Shown here in pieces: positions 25,422 to 38,935 of a stretch of 64,000 nt of DNA (the first letter of the stretch is position 1; every line of letters starts with the position of its first letter). The notes beneath the pieces were generated by a model. The model ran no database searches and was not told where the DNA came from. It saw only the letters and a program-made list of their open reading frames with translations. The DNA is taken from positions 30,455-94,454 of the forward strand of contig ML996710.1 in NCBI GenBank assembly GCA_010356995.1, read 5' to 3'. The stretch is from Trichodelitschia bisporula (taxonomy: Eukaryota). Both the position numbers and the translations under genes were made by a program.

Positions 25422-27716
25422 TTAGTTCCAGCTCCCAAAGTCCTTTTGGCACCCAGTGCCACAGTACGCCTCAGTCTGTCCGCAGTACCCCCACTGGGAG
25501 CAGCAGAAGCCCTCGCCGCAGGTGAAGCCAGTGTTGCCACCGCAGATACCGACGGGGGAAATCTTGGCGCCCTTGCGGTCCTTGCCAGCGTGCTTCGGCT
25601 GCGTGTCATGCTTAGGCTTGGACTCGGCAGCACCAGTGGCGACGGGGACGGTGGTCGTGAGGACGGTGGTGACGGTAACGGTCTCGTAGACAACGGCGGG
25701 CTTATCCTCGCCCTTGTGCTCGCCCTTGCCCGCGCCGTGGCTGGGAGCACCAGTCGGCTGAGCGACGGGCTTGACGATTACGGTCGTCACGGTCGTAGTA
25801 ACGACCTTCTCGACAGGCTTGCCACCATGGGGCTTGCCGTTACCCTGTGCAGGCGCCGAAGCGACGGGCGCAGCAGTAACAGACGCAGCCGGGGAACCAT
25901 GCTCAGGCTTGCCCTCGCCCTTGCCGTTGCCATGCTCAGGCTTGCCGTTGCCAGCACCGCTGGAAGGAGCAGCAGCAGCAGACGAAGCTGGGGCAGCACC
26001 GTGGCCGGGCTTGTTGTCGCCGTGCTCGGGCTTGCCGTTGCCGTGGCCCTTGTCAGCACCAGCGGCGCCGGTGGCGGCGGGGAGGTCAGACTCGCAGGGG
26101 GAGGTGGAGGCGGCACCGGCACCGGCACCGTGGCCGGGATTGCCGTGGGCAGGAGCGGAAGCGACCGGGGCAGCAGAGACGGAGGCAGCGGGGGAGCCGT
26201 GGTTGGGCTTGCCGTTGCCAGCACCAACGGAAGGAGCAGCAGCAGACGAAGCAGGAGCGGCGCCGTGGTCGGGCTTGACGTTGCCATGGCCGTTGCCGTG
26301 AGCAGGCGCAGAGACGGAAGGAGCAGCGACAGACGAGGCAGGGGCCGCACCATTGCCATTGCCATGGCCGTGGCCAGCGGTAGCGGAGGCGACATCAGAC
26401 TCGCAAGGCGAGCTGGACGCAGCACCAGCGGGGAGAGACTGAGCGGGGTGCGACTGCACAGGGCGGCTGACGCCGGCACCGCCAGTAGGAGCGACAGCAG
26501 ACGAACCAGCAGGGTGAGACTGCGCAGGGCGGCTGATGCCGGCACCACCAGTCGGGGCGACAGCGGAACCAGTACCGGCAGCGGCGCTCGAGGCACGGCT
26601 CGACGGGTACGAGGCGGAGAAGGAGGACTGGCGCGCGGAGACGGAGTGGATGGAGCTGGCGGCGCCGCTGGCGGAGGCAGAGGCAGAGGCGCTGGCGGAG
26701 GCAGAGGCGCTGGCGGCCGAGGCGCTGGAGCGCGCGGAGACGGAGCCGATGCTGCTGGCGGCTGCGGAGCCGGAGGCGCTGGCAGAGACGCTGGCGGAGA
26801 CGCTGGAGGCGCGAACCGAGCTGGACGAGGCGCGGACCGAGCTGGACGAGGCGCGGACCGAGCTCGACGAGGCGCGAACCGAGCTGGAGGAGACGCGGAC
26901 CGAGCTCGACGAGGCGCGAACCGAGCTGGAGGAGACGCGGACCGAGCTCGACGAGGCGCGAACCGAGCTGGATGACGGGCGGATAGAGCTCGAGGACGAG
27001 GCAGCCACGTTACGGTACCAGTTAGCCTCCGGGTCGCCGAGGCACTGGCCGAGGGTCACAGCGCGGAGGTTCTTGGCCGCGATGGCACGGAGCATGGCAG
27101 GTACAAGAACCTGAGTGGTGGCGGTGTTGACATCGTGGGACAGGGAGAGGGTGCCGCCGGCATCGAGGCCCGCCTGGTACAGGTCGATGGAGGTCTGGAT
27201 GGCATCGGGGTATTCCCAGTCAAGGGTGTCGATGTCAGACATGATGATCTTATAGCCAAGCTTCTTGAGCACGGCGTCGTTGGCAGCGTTGTGGCTGAAG
27301 AACGGCGGGCGGAAGTAGGTCGGGATCTTGCCGATTATGGTCTGGAAGGCGGTCTCCAGCTGGGTGATCTCGGAGGTGAGTGCCGCCTCGTTCAAAGTGG
27401 CGATGTCCGGGTGCGACCAGGTGTGCGAGCCGACCTGGTGACCGTCGGCGATCATGCGCTGCACGGTGGCGACGCGGTCGTAGATGTAGTCGTAGTTCTG
27501 CCCGTTGAGGAAGAAGGTCGCCTTGGCGCCGGCGGCAGCCAGGGTGTCGAGCAGACCATCGGTCAGGGCGGACGGGCCATCGTCAAAGGTGATGGCCACG
27601 GTGTTGGGGACCGTGCACTTGGTGATGACAGTGCCGGCGGCGATGTCGCGGCGGGTAGGGGAGGCAAGGGCCAGGCCCGAAAGCAGTGAAACGAGAGCGA
27701 CAGACTTGATACCCAT
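25422..27716 (-). CDS. CE4 polysaccharide/chitin deacetylase with long Ser/Ala/Gly linker and C-terminal CBM18 (hevein) domain, ~764 aa
   Basis: Signal peptide MGIKSVALVSLL; TFDDGP, HTWSHP, RPPF, DTLDW and LSHD motifs; terminal CGG...C...CCSQWGYCG...YCGTGCQ. Confidence 0.93.
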   Translation of the reverse strand: MGIKSVALVSLLSGLALASPTRRDIAAGTVITKCTVPNTVAITFDDGPSALTDGLLDTLAAAGAKATFFLNGQNYDYIYDRVATVQRMIADGHQVGSHTWSHPDIATLNEAALTSEITQLETAFQTIIGKIPTYFRPPFFSHNAANDAVLKKLGYKIIMSDIDTLDWEYPDAIQTSIDLYQAGLDAGGTLSLSHDVNTATTQVLVPAMLRAIAAKNLRAVTLGQCLGDPEANWYRNVAASSSSSIRPSSSSVRASSSSVRVSSSSVRASSSSVRVSSSSVRASSSSVRASSSSVRASSSSVRASSVSASVSASASGSAAASSIGSVSARSSASAASASASASASASASASGAASSIHSVSARQSSFSASYPSSRASSAAAGTGSAVAPTGGAGISRPAQSHPAGSSAVAPTGGAGVSRPVQSHPAQSLPAGAASSSPCESDVASATAGHGHGNGNGAAPASSVAAPSVSAPAHGNGHGNVKPDHGAAPASSAAAPSVGAGNGKPNHGSPAASVSAAPVASAPAHGNPGHGAGAGAASTSPCESDLPAATGAAGADKGHGNGKPEHGDNKPGHGAAPASSAAAAPSSGAGNGKPEHGNGKGEGKPEHGSPAASVTAAPVASAPAQGNGKPHGGKPVEKVVTTTVTTVIVKPVAQPTGAPSHGAGKGEHKGEDKPAVVYETVTVTTVLTTTVPVATGAAESKPKHDTQPKHAGKDRKGAKISPVGICGGNTGFTCGEGFCCSQWGYCGQTEAYCGTGCQKDFGSWN
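26806..26971 (-). repeat. 21-bp coding tandem repeat (SSSSVRA/V, about 8 units) in the CE4 linker
   Basis: Repeated gaggcgcg(a/g)accgagct(g/c)gac units on the + strand. Confidence 0.9.
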
Positions 27717-30329
27717 TGCGAAAGAGTGACGAGGGTTGGAAAGTGAGTGACTGAAGATGAACTTGCCGATGGGACAAAGGGCAGGCGCGACATACTTATT
27801 ATGCGAGGAAATGAGGGCGCCGAGCGGACTAGCCGCTAGTTCCAAGGGGTGAAGGGGGTTCACGGCAGGGTCATCCGTAAGTCGGTCAGCATGGAGCCCG
27901 GGGTGGCAAGCGCTACCAATCTTTTCGCGATGCCGAAGCCGCATGCAGAAGACCATGCTTTACGCCATGTGGGTTCTTTGTGCTGTACTCCGCGTGCGTC
28001 CTGGCTCGCCCCCATGTCGTCGTATCCAGCTGCTGCCTCACAAAGGAGCCGAATTTCCATGCCCAAGAAGGGGATCGACGACAACAGCATGACTCCGCGA
28101 AGACGCTACATACACTATCGTGGACCGGCGCCTTGGCCTGCAGTTCGACGCGAAGACGGTGCCTCTCGTCTTTTCGCATCGTCCATGGTAGGGCGCAGGT
28201 TGCTCCCAAAAAAAGATGCGCCCCACCCAGCGTGTGGTTTTGCGCTTACTGCCAACGTGCCATTGAGTCGGAAGTGAAGACGATTGAACGAGGTGGTCAA
28301 GCGGAAGAGAGTCGAGCAAGTCCGAATTAGGTCATTGGTGGTTGGGATACCACGGCTCACATGATTTGCGCGCGTCGTTGCCGAGGGATGCGCCAAGTGG
28401 CGGGTGAAATGGCGTTCCTGCGTTAGCGGGCGTACGGGAAGGAGCAAAGAATGACGCGAGTGGAGGTTGGCTGGAAAACGTCTTTTCCAGTCCCTCGGCC
28501 ACTGTTTACCATCGCCTTCGCTGCCACGCTGTCGAGTCCATTTTTGCCGTACTCTCTTCCGGTTGCTCAGGGGCGCAAGGTTTCCGCGGGTTCATGGAGA
28601 GCCAAGGCGCCATCGGCCCTTTACCCCCAAAGCGCACAAGGCAGGGGAAGATGCAATTTTCGCCAGTCGCGCAGTGCCCGTAGTCCGGTAGTCTAACCGC
28701 CTAGCTGCGAGTCCGGTTCCTTGGAGCGGAGACTTGGAGTCGAGAGAGTGGAGCCGTGCCGTCCATCACGGCGAGCAGCAAACTTCGCTATGATGCGTAT
28801 TTCGGGCAGAGCGGCACACTAAACGCGAATAGTCGCGTTTCGCAGGGTGGCATCGCCTTAGTTGTGGCCATTTTTGTCCTTTGGTTCCATGATGTTCCCT
28901 GCTTTTGGCCCTACCCGTGGCCCGACTCCAAATTCTCCCCACTCTTTTGTGATGCTATCGCTGGTTCGCGTGTTGTGTGTGGCCGGTGAGGGAGACGTCG
29001 GGGTTGCATCGCGTGGAAAGGGGAAAGGTTGGGGTGCGGTGTCGGCGGATATCTTTTGTCCGTGGGGCCGGAGGGTCGTGTAGGCTGGCTGCTCGCGAGT
29101 CTGGCGTCTTGGTGGTGAGCATGCGCTGGCTTCACGACGGGCACTTACCTTGTGTCTCTCAAATGAAAGCGACGACCGATGATGCGGGCGATGAGTGGGT
29201 TGCAGTTTGTAGATGATTGGGACGTCGTCGTTTGAGGTCCTTGTGGAGAGCTGAACACGAATCCGCCAAGCGATCTGTGCCACATTCAGCCGCACGCGGG
29301 TGATGGGCAACGGGGCGCATCGCGGGCTGACGTTGAGGGGCTGAATCTGAGATTCTGAGATGCAGTGCGGGGTTGATGGACCTCCTGGAGATTCTCAGCG
29401 TGAACGCCATGTGGTCTGCGATGAACCATATGTCGCATTCTAGATGAAACACCAGTCTCGTAGCTGCAGATCTGAGGATCTGCCTCGTTAATTGGATCCT
29501 GGGCCGTGCAGTCGATGGGAGTAAGGCTCGTACACAGACACAGTATCTGTGTAAACCGAAGATTGAAGTAGAAGACGAGGAGAGGAGAGGAGAGGAAGAG
29601 ACTCGGAGACTCACGATACCTGAATACACCATGTCAAGTATCCTCCTTTCCTCCTTTTTTCTACCATGCGCTCGTTACATCATGACCCTGAGTATGCGCC
29701 TTCCTGACATATCAATGCTCCTTCCATAACCACATCAGCAGTGCCAATCGATGCCTTTGTTTGGTGATGGTTGCCGTTTGAAGTTGTGCACGCCAATGCC
29801 GTTCATGTTGTGAATATCGTGCAGGCTGGCATACAAACATGATACAAAGATGCGCAAGGCAAAGCTTTATCTAGAGAATCAAGTTTGAAGCAAGTAAACC
29901 GTGGTGGTGGACATAGAGCATTTTTAATACCTTTATGTTGACCATCGGTTAAAGTTAAAATGGCCCATCGTGAGCATACGCGTCCAGTGGATCCTCAAAC
30001 CACACCAACGTCCATCTCACAAGATACGGGAAAAATACAGTCACTATAAGAATCAATCGAGAGCGAACTTAATTCCATGCATCATTTGTCAACCGGGATA
30101 TCTACAAAGAACCCAAAACGCCAGCACCGTTGCTCATCCCTAAACGCCATGCGGCCAACGTTTTTACAGCCCATTCCAACGCTCAAATATGACACCCGCG
30201 AGTTATACCGACAGTCGATAAACAGCCCATTGGATAAGGCCTGATGCTCTCAAAAGAGCAAGCCTGAGAGCCAGTATCGTCACTCCCATCAAACGCCAAC
30301 AGAAGGTATCATGAGTACAAAAACAAATC

Positions 30330-30369
30330 TCAGTCACCCTGTCGCGCCATCTTGCGTCTCGGCACCCAG

Positions 30370-30403
<34 letters not shown>

Positions 30404-31334
30404 CAGCCGCCTCCGTGCTGCTGCTCAGCACCGGAGTCTCAGACCGCTTGCGCTTCGGAAAGGGACGCGGAGCCAGCGGTCGCGGCTCACGCTTCTCAGC
30501 GTAGCGCTTCTCAGCCTGCGCAAGCAGCGAGTCCAACTCTGCGTGTGTGATCGAGATGGTCGGAATATCATCGACGCCGTCCAACGCCCCGAGCGGACAA
30601 AAGTCGACGAGAGATAGAACGAGCACACCGTCTGGGACTGATGCAGGGCCCTGGCGAAATGCCACATCCTTTACTGCTGTACTGCATACCCCGATTTCTT
30701 TACCATCTTTCTCCCCCACGGCGTAGCGGTACAGCGAGTATACAGCACGCGGACCGGTGGTTGACGGCCGGTATTCAATATCGACCGTAAGTACGGTGCG
30801 TATGTGGCCCTCCGACAGTTCCATATATTCATGAGCAAGGATGGGAAGAGCAGCCCTCTTGGTCGAGTATCCGATCTCGATGACGAATGGCGGAAACACG
30901 GTATTGTCGAAGCCGAACGCTGAGTCGGGAGACTTAAGTACGCCGTCGCCCAAGTAGATGTCGGAGGTACAATCTAAGTCGATGTTCGCAACTGCAGCAT
31001 TGATCTTGTCATCACCCGTGAGAGCTTTGATGCGCCCGTGAATTGTCCGCGTCAACTTGAACGCAAAGAGGTCGTGCAGCGCCGTAGGCATACGAACCGT
31101 TAGGCAGGCGTCAGTGGGAGAATAGTCGAAGCGCGTTTTGAGCGCGAGGCCACGGAGGGCATGCTCGAAGCCAGCGAACTCGGCGGGTGTGAGGGGGAAG
31201 CTAGTCCACGGCGCGCGGGCGTGGTCGATGTGTGAGAGGATGGCCTGGGCGCGGGGAGGCGGGGATGGCGAGCGAGAGGAGGGTGCGCTCTCGGGCGGCG
31301 TAAGGGTGCGAATCTTGCCTAGCGAGGAGGTCAT
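30330..31334 (-). CDS. Putative Uma2/DUF820-like PD-(D/E)XK nuclease-fold protein
   Basis: RMPTALH, KSPDSAF and PPFVIEIGYS motifs; basic PKRKR patch and poly-Asp tail encoded by (CAT)n at 30371-30400; intronless. Confidence 0.65.
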
Positions 31335-34300
31335 GTCGGAGAGCGGCGCATGGCTGGGGCAGCGAGAGTGCTGGCGGAGGGGATGGAGATGATGCTGTTC
31401 GAGAGTTGGTGATGGTCGGCATTGTCGGCGTCATGGTGTTGAGGGAGTCGGGATGGAATATGTATTTATCCGAAGCATCGCGTTGACAAGTTGTGTGGCA
31501 TGAGTGCGGAACAAAACAAGCATGATTCGTGCTAACACCCGCGAGACCCGCGCTCTTCAGTTCAAGGACTGGTCAAAAAAGTGATGTCCATCCGTCTCAG
31601 CAAAACGTGGGGGAGGAGGGTGACATCACTTTTTCGACTAACCTTCGGTACCTTCGAGTGACAGGCGCTCCTGCTGGCAGCAAGAAGCGCATACGCCAGG
31701 CGCCAGACGCCCAAGGGCTACACGAAAAAGTCGTGGCCGTCCTCGCGCACAAAAGCCGCATGCAGGACTGCCACGATTTTCCCCATAGCCCTTGGCCCAT
31801 TCTCCTACGCAGCCGTGACAGCTCAGCAGTCGCGATCCGGCAGAGGAGCAGGCGCGACCCATTCACGAGAAGGACGTCACAGACCCCGCCTCGCACTTGC
31901 CTGCCCGTCTTCGCGATGCTTTCCTCTGGCTTCAAGGGCGCCAGTAACTCGACGTGCACTCGACCACCTCTTTTCTCCCACCATCAGGCAATATCTACGT
32001 GAATGCCGCTTCTAACTCATGACGGACACGCAGTCTGCTTTGCTACATGACCCCGCTGCTACCCGAACGGTCTGCAGCACTGGCTTGCCGCGTTTCTAGC
32101 CGTGTTCGTGTTCGGGTCCCTTTCGTGATGTTAGTGTTCTCCGGCCCGTCGCAGGCGGCGTCGGTCGCGCAAAACTGTTTAGCTTTCCGCTTCAACCAGC
32201 TACCGCATGCTTTCTCTGACGCTCCGCTTCATCTACTACGTATTTTCTCATGCTGCTCGGCAGCACGGGATTGACATTGACGATAACACTACCAGCAAAG
32301 TTACCAACATCTTCCACATGCTTTTCTCTGACGACGCGTCTCTCTGCTCAAGGCTCCAAGCTTGTGTCTTCCGCTTGCACTCGCGACCGCTGTGCCATCA
32401 GAGGAACAATATGGTACCGAAGCCGTGGTGGAACACGGGGCATCACAGTTTCTTTCCGACGGCGGGATATCTCAGCGATGCTTCAAGGGCCTGTCGTAGA
32501 ATTCGCTGCTGCCTCTGCTTGCTAAACATGCTCATGAATCCTGCAACCTTTTTCGCCATCAACTTTGCCTACTTGGTTCAAGCGGCCGGCCGTGTTATCC
32601 CGTGCTAACTTAACGAGGGCAATTCGAGCGCTTTGCGAGGGTGACCTGAAGGACGTTCGGCCTGACTCGGGGATGAAATGAAGATATTAAAGCCTGAATC
32701 TCATTTCATAAGAATGACGGACGGCTAGCGTCACTTCTGCTGGACATTCGCCCACAGTACGGATGTATGGCCGTGGCTCGCTGCAAATGTTCCGAATGTG
32801 CCGACTTTGCCAGCTTGATGGGGAGGGAGGGCGTGCGTGTCAAGCCTATGATGGGGTCGCGATGGTGAGTGAGAAAAGATGTGGCACGGTTAAAGTCCAT
32901 TCAAGCGTTGAATGCTGTTGGAAGGGGCCAGAAGGATCAGATTGGTAATTACGGAGTTCGAGTGTGTTACAGTTCTTTCTGTTTGCGCAAGCATATCCGC
33001 CACTCTTTATGTATATATATCAGCAGATAGTTAGGTTGCAGGAAATTGACCAACTCATCGCAGTACTCCAAGACCCTAAAGTTACAACAGCCGTCACCAT
33101 CCAAATAGGGGCACGTCACCTTCCATGTATTCCAGGGCTAGGTGTCCTCAAATCAGACAACTCGGCCGCGGTTTCCACGCTAACGATACGGTAGGTTAAT
33201 CCTCTCTACGGAACATTAGCACTTGCGCAAATTGAGGGCGGACACTTACTCGGCGGGCATGAGGAGCCGAAGGGCGCCGCCTTCATACCGAAGGCACGGC
33301 AAGTCATGTTTCGCACATCGAGCACAGGCGTAGTCGAGACCATTCTCATATGTGGTTTTCTGCCTCGAGATGCAGTAGGAGTACATGCATCTAACCTCCC
33401 GAGCCGTAGCGAAGTACTGCTTGTACCACCTGAACTGTTTTGTCTCGACGACATGTTGAAAGCGACGGGTTGCCGCGCCATAGCCGACCGTGGTGTTGAT
33501 GACGAGTTCGTGGCCGTGTTCGAGGGCGTAGACGGTCAGGTTGAACGTCTCGGCTACGTTGGGGCGGTGATCCAGGCGAACGATCTTTATGCCGCGATGG
33601 AGGAAGATGTCATCAGCAAAGCCATCAGGCTTGCTCGGCCTATTCCGCCGAGGCTTTGAGCCAGTCGCGGTTTGAAGCTCTACGTGAGGACCTTCGCAGA
33701 TATTGGCGGCTCCATTGTCGCTCTGTTAAAGGCATGAGTATACTCCCATCTTGATATGCGAAAGGAAGTATTACCGGATTGGTGAAAGCTGGCTGCGGAG
33801 CGGAAGTGTCCCCACTAATGAATGAGCGCGTCTCAACGATCAGGCTGCCGTTTTGGGCAGGGTCCTGCGTCTCAGCCTGAGCTGCTTGCTGCCCGAGTAC
33901 GTTCGCCTGGCTGTAAGGGATCTTAGATGCTGTGCTATTATTGCAACGCCGAGTTAGCAATAGGTTTAGGTTAACGATCTGCTCCGTGCAAGGAGGATGT
34001 TTGCGCGCAGAAAAGGGGCGCGTAACTGGGCGCATTACCTGTCATCCATTATGATACCACAAACGTAGAAGTTGGACTGTTGAATAGAAATTGGCTTTGA
34101 TACTGGTATTTAGGACTGATAGTTGATGGTAGCGGGGTTGAAGGGTGAGATGGAGAAAAGGAGGTGAAAGTCTACCTAGGAGCAATTCTTACCCCCAGTG
34201 CGGTAGCCATGCCTTCTGTTTGCCCAAAGATATGGCCATCTTACACCTCTTCGGACGGAAACCACCTGCACCGGCAATATCTCGCTCTCACCATCGTGCT

Positions 34301-35959
34301 CGCAGACGTTGTCAAGAGTTCAATCGTCTACTTTCAAGAGGCCCCAAACGGGACTAGTATCTTTTCGTGGTGTCTGCTGTAGGGGCATCATTTCGACTAT
34401 TACCAGCCGTAAGCAGCTAGATGTTAGTAGTAGGCCGTCTAGAGTATGTATCTGAGATGAATGGGACAACGGGATCAAATATGCTTAAGCCTGGCGTCCC
34501 TAGATGCCGCTGGCTCGCGGGATGCATCCGACTACTAGCAGCTTCGCTCTTTACCGCAAAGCTCATGCGCGCACTGATCTTGTACTGAGGTCCGGGCCCT
34601 ACTACTTCTCCTATGCATGGCCGAGAAAGGGGGTCCTTAGACCAGTGAATACATACCGGCTAGGTATTGGGAGAGAATGTGGAAAGCAACGTCACAAGCA
34701 GTGAGTGTAAGCAAAAACTAAGTTTAAAGACGAACCTCCGAAGAGGGCCGCGGTGTAGGCTAGTCTAAGTACACTTGGTACCCTCATCACCTTCCCGGGC
34801 TTCGAGGGCTACTACCTTAGCGATAGAGTAAACAACCCAAGGGCCATTACCTCTTATGTGCGGTATGCCTGCTTTATGCCCTCTAGTTACTACTACCATT
34901 ACAGATGTGCCTGCCCTTATACGATGTCTCCTGCCCCACACCAGGAGGAGGGGCTTTCTGATGGAAGTAAAGCTCTCACATGTGGAGCGGCAACTGTATA
35001 AACTAAAGACTGAAATAGAAGACAGAGAGGGTCAGGGAGTCAGAGACTATCGAGACTTAAATGCACATTGCCAAGTATCCTCCAGGGCAGGGAAAGTCTG
35101 CTATTCTCAGCGACGCTGACTGTCGATGACTTCATTCCAGCTGATGTCGACCGCCATCTGTGATGACACCTCTTAGATTTCGGCAGGTTAAGCATTATCT
35201 GGTGACGTCCCTAACAGCCTACAGCAGCACAGAATAGACCACCCTAGCTTCTCAGGCTCGAAATAATCAGTTGTCGTAGCTCGAGTATGAACCCCCGCAT
35301 GATCATATCCCGCTTCTCCGCTTCATGCACATCCGCCTCCTAGTTCTAGAGATCCAAAGCTTTGACAATGCTTCCCTTGCTCCCCACGTCATTATCTCCC
35401 CGCCGCCCGCCCGCTCTCCTCTACATCATCTTCGAAGCACGCTTCGCAGGCGGGAGCGTCTTGGCCCGTCTGCACATGAAGCAGTGCTCGCAGATGTAGT
35501 AGGTGTGCTCAGTGCTGCTATCGTTTTCTGCATCGGACACCGGCGTGTGAATGGAAAGTATGAACTGGTGGTGACAGAGGGATCGAAAAGACAGGATGCG
35601 GGTGGCGCGAGGCATGGTGACTAACGTGAAGGGTGAGTTGCAGGTTTCATTCACGGGGAGAGATGCCTTACCTATTAAGAAGACTTTGATGAGCGAAGGC
35701 GGGGGTAACATAGGTTGTGGGGAAAAGGTCACTCAATTAAATGCGGAATCACCGAAGCTAAACAGTGAATGGCGGCGTGCTCTCTGTTGCGATGGTTGTT
35801 AGGGATTTGAAGCAACGTAGTCACTGTCGCGGCCGGAACAGGGAAAACGATCACAAGGTCTAGGAAGAACACAGCATGAATTAACAATATTAACAGGGAA
35901 GGAGCGGCGCACAACACTCAAGCAAAGCAAAACAGCATAAAACAAACAAGACTCAATCC

Positions 35960-36918
35960 TCAAGCCGTCCCAACCTGCGCCAGCTTCGGGTTAACCTTGC
36001 CCAACCCACCACACTCAACACCACCCCCCTCCGCCGTCTGCAGAATGCTCGTGGACGCACTGCTCCCATCGCAGTACGTAACCCAGCCATCAAGACTCAT
36101 AAGCTTGGTGATAGTCGAAAAGGCCTTGTTGGCGCAGTTCTTGCGCAGCGTGCCCGAGCTAACGCTCCGGCTCGACACATACTCGACATGGTACACCGGC
36201 TTGCCGAACCCGGCGTACGCCTCGCAGTCGCCCGAGTTCTCGACACACTGCTCGTTGACGGCAAACTGGACCGTGTTGGTCACCGACGGGATGATCTCAA
36301 TCGCATTCTTCAGCCCCATCGCCAGGTTGTACTTCGCCGCCTCCGCGGCCAGCCGCCGCGTGTACGAGATGGCGTCGTTGGTCGTAAGGCTGAAGCCGCC
36401 GCCATTCTGGTTGCCATACCCGTCTGAAAGTGTCAGCTGACAGTCAACCCGGGCAAAGGGCCTCACATACCCATGTTATCCGGGTCAATCGCATCGCAGC
36501 CCTTGTCAGACGCAAGCTTGATTCGCTTGGCCATAATGTCAAACACGCTCTGGCTGCGGACGTTCAACCAACGCTCGCCCGGCCACTCCGGCAAGCAAGC
36601 GCCCTTGTCCGACTCCTGGAAGCTGCTCCAGTCCGGCCGCCAGTCCTCGCTGGTGCCCGCGCTGAAGTAGCACATGACCTTGATGCCCTGCGACTTGAGC
36701 ATCGAGATGGTGCTCGCCGGCGTGTTGAACAGGTCGATGTCGAAGATGTCGACGTTGGAGGGCGCGAGCGCCGCGGATGGATTCACCGTCCCCGACAGAA
36801 TCATTTGGATGCTCGACCCGACGTCGGGCTGCCACATGGCCTCCGGGACATCGGGGGTGTCGGGTGTCGGGGCGGCGAGCGCAAGGCTAGCGAGGAAAAG
36901 AGCTGCGAGGGGTGACAT
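35960..36918 (-). CDS. GH114 endo-alpha-1,4-polygalactosaminidase (Ega3-like); exons 36918-36471 and 36423-35960
   Basis: Signal peptide; DIDLF, CYFSAGTSEDWRPD, WPGERWL, spliced DPDNMDGY, GLKNA, AVNEQC and KPVYHVEY motifs; 47-nt intron. Confidence 0.93.
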
Positions 36919-38009
36919 GATTGGCTGAGGAGGTGAGGCTGGAATGCTGATGCAAATGTAGGGATTTAGATGAGTTTGTGGCAGATAGATTGCGGCCGCG
37001 GGCTAGACCTCTTATACTTCGTCGAACCACCCACAGCCAGTGCACCGCTCGGCCGCGCTGGTGCAAGGCACGAGGCACGCAGGCAACGATAACGCGTTAA
37101 TCCCGCAGGCACGAGTCGCTGCACCGCCGCAACGAAAGCAGCAGGTCGGCGCGCGCATCAAACGTGCGTGCGGACGGAAGACTGCTCATGGCTAGACCGG
37201 GATTCTCCCGCCCCAAAGCTTGTTCAGACCCCACGCGGGATCCATGAGCGGGTCATGTCTCGGCCTGCCTGGGGGGGAAGGTGGTGGCCGCCTGCCGCAT
37301 CGGGCCGGGTCTGGGCGCCGCCCGTTGGAGCGATTCTGGATGCGGGAAGAAGCCCACTAGGCGGAAGAGGCTATCGCGGGACGAGGATCATGGAGGATGA
37401 GTGGTGGCGTATTTTTGTGATTCGTGGAATAGTCGCACACGACTCGTTGCGCTGTGATAGATGAGCCTGTGAAGGCCCTTCTCGTTCGCTTTGCGACTGC
37501 GCTTGTACGCTTGCACTCTTCTTGTTGTTCGCTTCGGGTGGGAAACGTAGATCACCCGCCGCCGCACATGCGGGCCGGGAGCTGTGCGGTGCGACCCGAG
37601 ACAAGGTCATCGTTGTGCGCGGGCCACATGAGGGAGAATCGCCACGGGCAATAGTCTGCTTCGGTTAGGTTGCCTTTGGGCAGCAATGGACCGGCGCGTT
37701 GGTTGCGGGTTTATCAAGGCACGATGTCATAAAGACTATTGAGTCGTGTTGTTGCCTTCTCTTTTGATGTCACAGGCGCGACTCGTTGTGATAACGTTGA
37801 TATGAATACTTAAGATATCGGGTATCGTCGGTCGGGGACTTGGTCCGGACCGAAAACAAGCATAGCCAAGTATGGTTTATCCAGAGCGCGCTTTTAAGAG
37901 TCCAGTTTTGTCCCTTTGATACGTCTAGCACCTGCGAGCCTTGCCGTGGGTGGAATGAATGGAGAGGAAGAAATGGAGACTGTGCGTAACTTCCTCACGT
38001 GCTGGTGAA

Positions 38010-38935
38010 TTAGTCGGCGCCCGCTCGGTTGCAGTACGACTTCGAATGGGTGACGGTCTGCCTCGCGCGGCGCATGGTCTTGACTTGGCTCTGGTTCCTT
38101 CTGGGCAAATTCGGCGGCAATGTCCAGCTTAAGTTGCACAACTTGTACTGGAGCTGCTTCGTCAGCTTTCGTCCGCCGTTCGTCCTGTGTTCTTGTTCGG
38201 CAGTCTTACGAGGGCCATCCCCTTCGTCCCTAGTTCTCTTGCGGCTCTGCCTTGATCTCATGGTTCTCTTGCGGCTCTGTCTTGATGTTATGGTTCTCTT
38301 GCGGCTCTGCCTTCGTTTCGTGGTTCTTTTGCGGCTCTGCCTTCATCTCGTGGGCCCGAACCAGGTTTGCCTCTGGGCCCGACATTGCACCGCGTGGGCA
38401 GTCTGTGGCCGTCCTCTTCAGAGCTTCAGCTCTGTTCATTTCGTCCGTCCCTTCAGCCATCTCTTTCGCCCAGAAACCGTCTCTGCTGCGCGCTTAGCAC
38501 CGCTCTTTTCACAATGGGGATCAGATATTCGATTGCCTCATACTGATCATCCACCACAGTACTCAGGCGGCTCAAGGCGACGTCCCCGACAGATGCTTTT
38601 GCTTTCCCCACTTTCAGAATCTGCTCCACCAGCTTTTCGGCGATACGAAGATAGCGTAAGGCTGGTTTGAGGAGGGTATAAACGGTGCGCAGCTACGGGG
38701 GTGTGCGAGGACCGGGGCCGTCTGAGTTTGTAGTGGAAGTGATGAAATACTGGGTACAGAGCTTGAGTAAGGTGCGGTATACGGCCACCAGATTCCTTCC
38801 CAGTTTCGATATGGAGGCGCGCCTTTTTCAAACAGAGTTCTCGATGCGGTGGAGAGTTTTGTCTGCTGATTCTAGGGATCTCTCCGCGGATTCCAGGGAC
38901 CCGGCAGCAATATCGAGAGTAATGGTGTCAGACAT
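38010..38935 (-). pseudogene. Disrupted paralogue of the gene at 40000-40686
   Basis: Collinear translation (KRRAS.SKL..NL.AVYRTL.KL; QY..IEYLIPH; EMAE..DEM.RAEA) with in-frame stops at 38828-38830 and 38693-38695; 30-bp tandem repeat, about 4 units, at ~38230-38350. Confidence 0.85.

Noticed and set aside
25446..27114. 509-aa and 192-aa + strand ORFs (EARTELD heptad-like repeats)
   Set aside because: Antisense readings of the repetitive CE4 linker.
31500..35700. Scattered short ORFs, e.g. 33306-33659
   Set aside because: Possibly gene relics, but I could not support any homology or coherent gene model.
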